DNA of 64,000 nucleotides from positions 13,330,001 through 13,394,000 of the forward strand of contig CP075492.1 in assembly GCA_021613535.1 (NCBI GenBank). Reading direction: 5' to 3'. The first letter of the stretch is position 1, and the number at the start of each line of letters is the position of its first letter. Below, in pieces: positions 48,961 to 59,304 of this stretch. The notes under the pieces are model-generated. The model did not search any database. It had not been told where the DNA came from and saw nothing but the letters and a program-made list of their open reading frames with translations. Source of the DNA: Adineta vaga (taxonomy: Eukaryota > Animalia > Rotifera). The position numbers and the translations under genes are program-made.

Positions 48961-51205
48961 ATGGATCACACTTTTGTAAATCATTTACGAAAAATAACTG
49001 ACGAAGATGAACGATTAGTAACTATTACACTTCTCATTGATATCATTTCGAATTTAATCAATGATAAAACTAATCATCGACATCATACATTACCTGCTAG
49101 TTATATACAAGAAATGTTTGAGAAATATTCAGGTGCTATGCAATGTCTTGTTGTAATCGGTTTTAAAAAGGTGAAATATTTCGACTTCTAATCAAACAAT
49201 GATCTAATTTGTATCATAAAATTTAGATTAATAATGATTATGTATTCGATCAAAGAATTTCTGTTAATCATCTTCAAGAATTAGTTAAAATATTGGAGAA
49301 TGAATTGGATGTTAAACCTACTGATCAATGCGATCAAGTGAATAGTTTTGTTTTTCTATTTTATTTTGATTAAAAAAAGAACAAGATTTGGTTTAGATGA
49401 AATGTACGAGTGAAGATCTTGGTATTGTTGATGATGATAAACGAATTCATTCGTCAATCTCATTACATAATCTCTCTATTCCAATTCATTTTAACAAATT
49501 AATTCCTTTTATTTCAACATTAGAACGTGTTCAATCTTATGAAGAGATTGATCTTCGTCGTTATATTCGCTCATCAATACTTCCATTAGAAGATTTCAAT
49601 CGAAAGATTAACAAGAAAAAAGATGCAACTGATCTGGAAAAACGTGATTTTTTATTATTAGAATTATTACGATGGTTTAAAGAAGACTTTTTCACTTGGT
49701 TTGATCGACCAAATTGTGAACGATGTAAAACTGTTATGGAATTTGCAGATTATACACAACCAACTAGAGAAGAAAGAGAAAAAGGCGATGCACATCGAGT
49801 TGAACTTTATCGGTATGAAAATAAAATATTTCTTTTTCTTAAACTAATTTTTATATTTAAAAAGATGTTCAACTTGTTCATCTAATTATCGTTTTCCTCG
49901 TTTCAATGCTCCATGGAAATTATTAGAAACTCGTTGTGGTCGTTGTGGTGAAGCTGCAAATCTTTTCTCATGTATCTGTCGAGCTTTATCCTTTCCAACT
50001 CGTTATATTTACGATCCAACTGATCATGTTTGGACAGAAGTTTATTCTGAAAACGAACAACGTTGGCTTCATTGTGATGCTTGTGAAAATCTCTGTGATT
50101 CTCCACTTGTCTATGAAAAAGGTTGGAAAAAAGAACTTACATTTTGTATTGCATTTGCTAAAGATCATGTAATTGATGTTACATGGAGATACGTAACAAA
50201 TTTTAAGCAAACAGTACAAAAACGAAATATTAATGAGAAAAATTTCGCTCGAATTATCCAACGAATCAATCGAAAATTACAATCAACATTGAATCGAGAG
50301 GAAAAACTGAAAATTATTTCCAAGTAAAGGAGAAAGACTTTTTCGAAAAAGAAAATTTTCATTTGTTTTTTCTTTTGTCTAGTCAAATCAAAGATTTAGT
50401 CAGCATGTTACAAGAAGCAAAGTCAACAAAAGAAAGTGAATTACATGGTAGACAAAGCGGTTCATTAACTTGGAAATTATCACGAAAAGAAGCTGATCAA
50501 GAGGTGATTTATTTGATTATGAGTTTATTTTTCTGGATTTATTATGTTTAGGATGATATTACAACTGGATATATTTATTCAGTTACCAATAGAGAATGTA
50601 CAAATGGTTCGATTACAATCGATTATAATTCTGTTGTTGATAAATATTTTCGTAATGGAATTGAAGAAGAGAAAACTGATGGATGGATTGATCGAATTTA
50701 TTCATGTTCAAATATTCAACGAAAAGTTGAACGAGATTGGAAAATGGTTTATTTATCAAGAAAACAAATACATAAGAATGGATTCATTTCTTGGATTATA
50801 CAATTGAAACCTGAAGAAGAACAAATATATCGATTTGATCGAATCAAAATTCAATGTCCAACAATTACTTTTGATCAACATTCAGAAATTCTTTGGCAAT
50901 TACAAATCGGAGATGATAAGATCATCGATATATCCCCAAGTATTGAATTATTTTATTCAATTTAAGAATATTTCTATTTACATTTTAATTCTTTAGCTTC
51001 AAATTCATTGTTTGAATATACAATAAATACGAAAATAAATCGAATTAGTTTTAAAATAATTTTATCAAATTTAAATGATAATAATGATGATAATGCTTGG
51101 CAAAAAGCACAATTATTTCGACATTCAACTGAACAAACAACAAATGATGATCAATCGCATTTTCTGAAAATAATTGTAACTATTGTTGAAAAACATTCGG
51201 GATAA
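48961..51205 (+). CDS. NGLY1: Peptide:N-glycanase (PUB, transglutaminase-like core, PAW)
   Basis: [84 protein letters not shown]. Confidence 0.93.
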
Positions 51206-51642
51206 AAAAAACACCTTTTCATTTATTTATTTATTTATTTATTATAATGCACGGGGAAAAATCCAGAACATATGCTTAGATCAAGTACACTAATACTAGT
51301 ATATTAAATGATAGTGTAAAGTGTGTTCGATTCTTTTAATAAATTATGGAGAGTTTCATATCTCTCGATCATGGTCTATGAATTGTCGAAATTTTGGCAA
51401 CATGTCGGTTTTTTCCTTCTGAAAGTTTGAATAACCGTTTGCTTCAATCATTCTTGACTAAGTTAGATATTTCTATTAAAAATCTCTATATCGAACTTAT
51501 GTTATCATCAACTAAGAACAAAAGATTCTGACTGTAATGTCGATAATTTACGGCAGATTTCATTTATTTATTATTCATATTTATATCATTCAATAAAATA
51601 TTTGAGAAAGAAATGTATGACTGTTGATTATTGCTTTGAAAA

Positions 51643-53736
51643 TTAATTGAGAACATCGAATAAATCAATACGATTGGGATGAATTTCACCAACGAATAAT
51701 GATTGGCCATTAACGTTTAAAGCTATATCATGTGGCTCACCAAATTTCTAAATAAATTAATCGAATATATCATTTTATGATTTATAAACTCAATATACAA
51801 ACCTCATTTGGTTCCCAAGTTGCAATTAGTTCACCAAAAGATTCTGGATGAGCACTAAATGTAAATCCAAGTGCACGATGTTTGTCAGTCTTTCCACTAA
51901 CTGCATAAAGACGATCTATTCAAAAAACAAAATTGATGAGAAAAAAAGATCGTTTCTCTTTAACTTCATGAATTTACGTTTATTTGCATCGTATGTAATA
52001 GCATAAACAGTTTTCATTGATGGATGATCAATAATAGCTTTAATATGTCCTTCATCATCTGCATGACTTTGACCATCATTGAAACAAACAATTCTATGAA
52101 AATTTTTTTTAATTTTAAGTTTTGAATGAAATTTAAAAATCTTTTACCGGCCGTTTTCACGATCAGCAACGCAAACGAGATCAAGTGATTCGATTAAAAT
52201 GATGCTATGTGGAATAACTAATTGTTTTTCTTCTTCAGGCATAGTATATTCCTTGATAAATTTGCCTTCTGAATTCAATTTGACAATACGAGAATTACAA
52301 TATCCATCGGCAACATAAATGCTTGAACCATCGTTTGAAACAGCAACATCAGTTGGTTTACAGAAATGTGTTGAATCGCTACCAGGTAAAAATGCTTCAC
52401 CTACGGTTAAAACGAGTTTACCATGTGAATATTTAAATACCTAAAAGACAATTCAAAATTACTTTTTTCTTTCAGAAAAACAAAAACAATTGAAAGATTT
52501 TACTTGATGCATCGCAACATCTGTCAACCAATGATTTCCTTCCGTATCAATCGAAAGACCATGGGGCATATAGAATCTAGATCAAATTTTCGAATAAATA
52601 TTAATTGTAAATAAAACAAAGATTAACTTACGTTTTATTTCCCCATTGATTAACGATTTGACCAGTACGTGTATTGATGGTTATAACTGTATTTTCTGGA
52701 ATGACATCAAATTTGCTTTTATCGAAGTTACGACCGTCAGGAAAGGATCTGGAACAAGAGAAATATATGTGACAGAACAGAAAAAAAAACGTCGCTTGAT
52801 GTTTGTTATCTAATTATCTCTGTACCAATTAAGGAAATGGACCGTTATCACTAATTGCTTTCAACTTTCCTTCATTACATTAAATCGGTATATATATATC
52901 CTCATATCTTTTACATATTCACTCATTCAACAAAACAAATCATGTCTTATCCTTTAGATTTATCATACGGATATTCATCAAGTGATGATTCTTTTTCTTA
53001 TATTTCAGATCCATACTATTGTCCTCTTCACAATCCACCACCACCGCCGACAACAAGTTACTGTACTTTACATCAATCATATCCATATTATTATCCAATG
53101 GCTGTTCCTCAAGTGCCGGTAAGTACACCAATTTATCAAACTTCTTCTTCTGTATTACAGGTTCGGCCCGACAAAAATCGTCGATTTACAATGGAACAAA
53201 TTCAAATTCTCGAAGAACATTTCTACAAAGTCGATAAATACGTTACAAAAACAACAATCGATGAACTTTCAACTCGAACGCAATTAACTCCAGCTCAAAT
53301 TCGTGTTTGGTTCAACAACAAACGTACACGAGAACGTCGTTAAATATTGTTTTGTTTTGCTTTTTTTGTTGCATTATTTTTTTAAATAAATAACTAACTA
53401 ACTATATCTTACTCTTGAGTCCATTCTCTTGATGCACGATGAAAAACAATTAAACGATTGGGATTTTTTACGCAAGCAGCAAGACCACCGACTTGACCAA
53501 GTTTATATGCATTTTGAGAATCATCATCCGATGAAATGATGTTTAATGGTTTATTTGCAATGACTTGATAAGTAACTAATTCCTGAAAAGATGAATCTGT
53601 TATTCATGTAAAACAAAATGGAATATTTTACTTCATCTGATTCACTGTCACTTGAAAAGTCCACATCAAATGCTCGTGCATTGATATTCCAAACAAAAGA
53701 GACGAAAACAAGGAGGAGGAGGGTGAGACGTTTCAT
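51643..53736 (-). CDS. Secreted peptidyl-alpha-hydroxyglycine alpha-amidating lyase (PAL, NHL beta-propeller), multi-exon
   Basis: LGQVGG, VFHRASREW, FYMPHGLSID, WLTDVAMHQV, HFCKPTDVAV, VADGYCNSRI, IPHS, CVADRENGRI, PHDIAL; signal peptide in exon 1. Confidence 0.9.
52942..53343 (+). CDS. Intronless divergent homeodomain protein nested antisense in PAL intron 52749..53412
   Basis: RRFTMEQIQILEEHF...LSTRTQLTPAQIRVWFNNKRTRERR*; TATA-like run at about 52889-52899; AATAAA at about 53385. Confidence 0.85.
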   Translation: MSYPLDLSYGYSSSDDSFSYISDPYYCPLHNPPPPPTTSYCTLHQSYPYYYPMAVPQVPVSTPIYQTSSSVLQVRPDKNRRFTMEQIQILEEHFYKVDKYVTKTTIDELSTRTQLTPAQIRVWFNNKRTRERR

Positions 53737-54085
53737 GATAAAAAATAGTTCTCCTTATGTCGATGACAATCTACAAAATAAGAATGAGAAAAGAAAAAAA
53801 ACAACGGTTTATGCCATAGTTTTCTTCCCCGCATCGTTCGTTCAAATCGTCCTCTATGTAGCCGAACAAGGAAAAAAAGGGCGAGAGAAAAAGTTCAGAT
53901 TAATTTCTCCGGTTGTTCTGTAGGCGTCGATCGTCCGATGACTCATGAAATACTGAGAACAGAAGCATCTGTTATTTTTTTCTCGCTTTCTTTCTCATCT
54001 GACATAGGAATGTTATAATCATTCGTTTTATTTTCTCTTCTCTGTCGGTAATTTTATTATATAAACTGAAAAGAAAGTTTTTTTG

Positions 54086-55726
54086 TTACGAAACGGTTTC
54101 AATTCGAATGATAGATGGTCGATCATTACATTCATTGGAAAGACAATTTCCCAAATAAAAATGTACATCTTGATATTCGCTCGTCATTAATTCTCTATGT
54201 TTAGAATCAATAACAAAGAAAAGATTGATTTGAATATCATTGGTTAATTGTAATGGAAATAGTTTTCGAACGAATGTTTTTAATTTTGCTATTGTCATTG
54301 AGGATGGAATTTTCTTTTCGATTTTACGTTGATTTTCATCACCGAATTCGAAAATGACTGGAAGTAAATTCGGACGAATACATAAACCTTTTTTCAATGT
54401 CTAAAAGAAAGCAATACGAAATTGTTTTCATGCATCAGATTTTGAATTCTTACTTCAGTCGAATTTTGTTTGAGTGGTTCGCCATGTTTTTCAATTAATT
54501 TTTGATATTGTCGATGTTCATGAATGAAATCTAATTTTCGATCAAAATAATCTTGTGCATAACGTTGCAAATAATCGATTTCTGCACCACGTCGTTCTTC
54601 GCGAGTAATTAAAACTCGATTGAAATGTGTTATATTTGGTAAACGTGCAATAATCATTTGTTTAGCTGTTTCACATTCAATTGGATTCAATGGATAAATA
54701 GGATTTCGAAGAATACTAAATGAAATCAATGATACTAATTGTGATAATTCATCAATCGATGAAAATGTTGAAATATTATTATCAGACATATAAAGATATT
54801 TCAACGAGGGAAATAATTCTGTCGAATTTTCATCCGGAAATTTAATTTCATCAATTGCACAATTATTTAAAATTAATTCTTCCAAATGTTTCAATTGTCC
54901 TAAATGATTAATAAATGGATCCCATGATTTCAAAGTTGGATTATCTGATAAAGATATGCTCGTTAAATTAGGTAATTGAGACACAAATGTTTCGGATAGA
55001 TAACTTAGACGATTTAAATCCAAATGAATACTGATTAAATTTGGAAAATATTTACAAATATTTTCGAAGATATCACAATCATTGTCGGTATCGATTAATA
55101 CTAATTGATTTATGTGAAGAAATTCTAATGGTGGCGATTGATCAAATATCATTCGAGAATTGCTAACATTTAAAATTTCTAAATGAGGAAAATGATTTTG
55201 TAATTGAGACCAAAGTTCCGACCAATTTTGAAAAAGATTTTGACGAATATTTAATTCTTTTATTTGACAAAGATTCGTATAAATATCTTCATTATTATCG
55301 AAACTGTTTACCCATTGGGACGATAGGTCGATACGAAGCATTGATGAAAGATCAACAACATAATCAGAATATTGTTTACCTAAAATGACATACAACTTTG
55401 ATTCACATTCTCTTTTTCTACTTACCAAACAATGAATAATTAATATCAGTTCGAATATTCTCATTTGAAAATGATTTAACATATTGTCTACAGATTGCTT
55501 GAGTAAATGAATGACCAAATTGAATTCTTTCTTGTCGAATAAATGATCCTGTCATATGATGTTTGGTTTGAAAATAGAATTTTCCATTGAATGTTCCATT
55601 ATGTTTGCCTTGTTGATTCCACCATTCAATGCCAATCCATTGTCCAGAATGACCGTCGACTAAACCAATATAGCATATCGTTGCGGGAAATTTTCCATCA
55701 ACTAAAATTCGATCACCGATTTTCAT
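54086..55726 (-). CDS. TBCE: Tubulin-specific chaperone E (CAP-Gly, LRR, Ubl), 3 exons
   Basis: WIGIEWW..GKHNG...YF (CAP-Gly), LRRs, ERRGAEIDYL, YQKLIEKHG, KKIPSSMTIAKLK (Ubl). Confidence 0.92.
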
Positions 55727-55761
55727 CTAGAAAAAAAATATAAGAAGAATAATTGTTTATT
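55727..55761 (-). promoter_or_regulatory. ERCC1 poly(A) signal plus a splice acceptor directly before the TBCE ATG
   Basis: AATAAA at 55761..55756 overlaps the ERCC1 TAA, followed by a pyrimidine tract and CTAG|ATG. Confidence 0.65.
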
Positions 55762-56755
55762 TAGAGATCATCATCAATATTTGATAAATCAAGTTGTTCA
55801 TCTTCGAACTGTTTTTCTTGTTTATTTATTTTCAATTTTTGTTGCTTTTGTCGTTTAAATGGTTGATTAAATGCTTGATACAATCGTTGTGCTTTCAATG
55901 TACCTAGACCAGGACAAACACATAGTTGTTCATTTGATGCATTCAATAATGATTCAATTGAACCAAATGCATGTAATAAAGTTTGAGCATCCGTTTTATT
56001 TACTGATTTGACTTGTGTAGTCATATCAATGAATTTAGTTAAATAGTCCGATGATTGATATTGTTGTATATCCATTAAACTTTCAGCTGATTTTCCTTCC
56101 ATGATTCGATATGTTTCTAAATATCGTGCTGATTCTTCCTCAGTCCAACTGACGAGAAGTGTTAATTCATAGAGAATACAAAGTCGTGCTAGTTCTTTCA
56201 ATGCTTGCGATGGTTCAGTAACATCACATTGAACAAGAAGAATTTTTAATTGATATGGTAATTTATTTGTTTTAAGACGATCATAGATATAATTTGGATT
56301 TAATGTGTGATAACGAAGAGATAAAAATAATGCACAAGAACTACGACTCATGGAATAATCTGCACCACCTAAGATCATATCAGAATATTCCCATTTGACT
56401 TGACGAAGATGTTTTAATAAAGGATTTCCTCGTTGACGCGAATGAACAAGAAGTGATGAAGAGGATGGACCCGATGGATGTGGCGGTGGCGGCGGTGGTA
56501 GTGGTTGATGAGAGGATGATACTTTAGAATTAAATCAGAGATTAGATGTTAAAGAAAATAGCAAGAATTACTTGAAAGCTCTGTTTCATCAACGGTATTC
56601 GTTGGAATTGCTGTATTCTCATTTGTTATTGTTGCTGTTGCTGTTGAGGAATTATCTGTTTTTTGTCGTTTAGCAAATAGATTTAGTGATACACTTTCAC
56701 TCTTATCATCATCATCTTCATCAAGATCTGGTATGACGTATGCTCGAGTTGCCAT
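55761..56755 (-). CDS. ERCC1: DNA excision repair protein ERCC1 (2 exons)
   Basis: VHSRQRGNPLLKHL, ALFLSLRYHTLNPNYI, ARYLETY, VKSVNKTDAQTLL, CPGLGTLKAQRL (HhH). Confidence 0.95.
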
Positions 56756-57158
56756 GTCGAAAAAATTGAAAATCAGAATCGAGTTGTCAAGAGAAAAGAG
56801 TAGCACAAGATATCCTTATCCACAATGGATAATTTTTACGCCATCAATTTATTTGCTTTGTGATATAGATGTCGGTAGTCAACTTCATCTAAACTAACAT
56901 AGTTCTATGCATATACTATTAAATGAGCTTCCACAACCTTTTCTTAGTGATATGTTGAACATACTTTTTGTCATAGTACAGTGAACAGCATCATAGAAAA
57001 TGTTCATTTGATAAATTTTTACCGTGAAATAATACTGCTATATAATCTATGATGACCTAAATCATTTCTTCCATACAAACTCGAATGTATCTGACTGTGT
57101 ATACAATCATATCGCTTTGATTTTTTTTAATTTTTAACTGGTTACTAAGTGATAACGA

Positions 57159-58323
57159 ATGTTTTCTTTCTTTCGATACATTGTTTATTCTTTTTTTCTT
57201 CTGAGTAATCTCTACAATTCGATAAAATCTTTTGAAATCAAATGTCAATATTCTAATGAAGGTCGTGATCAAGAATTCAATCGTATAAAACGATTTGTTC
57301 TCTTTCCCGAATTTATATTATGGAAACATGATTGGCGATATTTACATCATCCCAATGAATTCATCTATTGGATAAGTAATTATTATCCTAAACAAATTGA
57401 TTCAAATAGTGTTCATCAATATATTCATCATATAATTCAAAACATAAATGAAGTTATCGATGAAAAAATTCATTCGATTCGAGAAGCATCAGTTATTGAT
57501 CAAGCCAATGCGCATTATAATTTTTTTAACTATCAAATATGTCCAACTGATGATCCAATAGCAACAGTAAAAGATGTACAAAGTCGAGGAACTATGTTGA
57601 TTTATCCAGTTGAAGTGATCAAGAACAAACGTTATCGTGCACATGGTGGAATAGTTTTAAATTATGTAGATAATTCCACAACATCATATATAAAATTTAA
57701 TACACATCATACTTTTTTACTTCATAACGATTTCCAATATGATCCAGTGATTTATAAATGCAATTCAGATGAAAGTCATTGTATGATAGATCTATATGCT
57801 GTTTTATTACATGAAACTCTTCATGGTTTCGGTATTGAAGTATGAAATTCGACTCTTTAATGAATAGTTTAAACATTTGGGTTTTTTTAATTTTCAGCAT
57901 ACAGAACATGATTTACCAAACAGAAGAATGCGTGCTGTTATGCATCTATATTCAAGTCGAGTTATGTGTCATGATGACATTCGTGCTATTCGAAAAGTTT
58001 ATGGTTTTGCTGTTAAACGAGAAAATGCTCAATATGATGATACATGTCGAAGAGATTTTCCTTTAAATCGATTACAAAAACGAGTGTATAAAATCCATCA
58101 ATGGATCGTTTTTTACATAATTCATATAGGGTCGATACTTAGTTGTCTAAGCTTTATGTTGATGATTGTTTTTATCTTACTCAGAAAACGTTATTGGAAA
58201 ACGAATGATCATGATTCGATAAGTGCTAGTATTCAATCGGATGGTACTCCACAATCATATCGTAAACAATATAAAGGAGCAACGAATGCATTTCTATGGC
58301 ATGAAGATTATCTCATTGGTTAA
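57159..58323 (+). CDS. Minimal type-I membrane metzincin (matrixin/MMP-like); exons 57159..57839 and 57898..58323
   Basis: Signal peptide, RIKR|FVL furin-like site, HETLHGFGIEH (HExxHxxGxxH completed across the intron), Met-turn AVMH, C-terminal TM segment. Confidence 0.8.
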
Positions 58324-59304
58324 TGAATTCATTCATTTTGATAAAATGATTGCATGTGAAAGAGATGTGAGAAAAAAATAATTGAGAACTATCATTACAT
58401 TTTCAGTTCAAAATTGTTCAAAAGCATATTCTCATTTCGCATTTAAAAACCGTTTATTTTTTTCTATGATCTTTCGAGAAGATATACAAGTATTTTCACT
58501 ACTTTTTCGTTGTTCATTGTATATTGTCAGTATTACGCACAAGCAATATGAAAACTATTGCGTTCAAAGGTTTTCAGCTACTCAAAACAAAATAAACATA
58601 GTAAAATACGACTATATATACGAACGTCTTGACAAAATATTTAAATAGTAATTTGGCCAATATGATTGCAGATCTATATAAACTCAAGTCATTCAGTTGA
58701 TCAAAGATGGATGACAAGGATCGATCGCACATGGTATTCATATCGATACTTTTTTCTTTTCGTCTAATTGATAGTTGAATAATAAGGAGAATGAATATTT
58801 TTTTCTCTACAAGCTGCAAAGCACGTTAGTCATAGATTTTCTCCATCGATAACGGTAAAAGGTATAACCGATATGTCACCTCCTTATCGGTAATAATTTG
58901 ACGAGCAGTAATACATTCTACCCATTATAATCCATACGTTGAAAATATTATTGCGTCTTTCCTATCCCGCGTATCATTTCTTCAGAGTGCATTTCCTTCG
59001 TATGCTCTAGTTTCTCTTTACCATACTATTGAGAGTTTTTTTCTATCATCATTCAATAAATTTCTTGTTCATACGTATATTTTCGTCTCTCATGACATTA
59101 TTCACTAACATTTGTTGTGAGACAAAGGCCATCCAGTATTAGTTTTTAGTTTATTTTATTCTCGAATAATTCGCCAGCCACCAATACAAATCCATCGTTT
59201 ACAATGAATTTTCTTTTTGTTTATTTTCTCTATTACTAAGAATTTTTTTAATTTCTTACCAACTCTTTAATATTCGATCTTTCTCACTAAAGTGACGATA
59301 AAAT

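Noticed and set aside
56816-56832. TTATCCACA (DnaA-box consensus) inside the palindrome TTATCCA-CAA-TGGATAA upstream of ERCC1
   Set aside because: A single occurrence in eukaryotic DNA; chance or an ordinary promoter palindrome.
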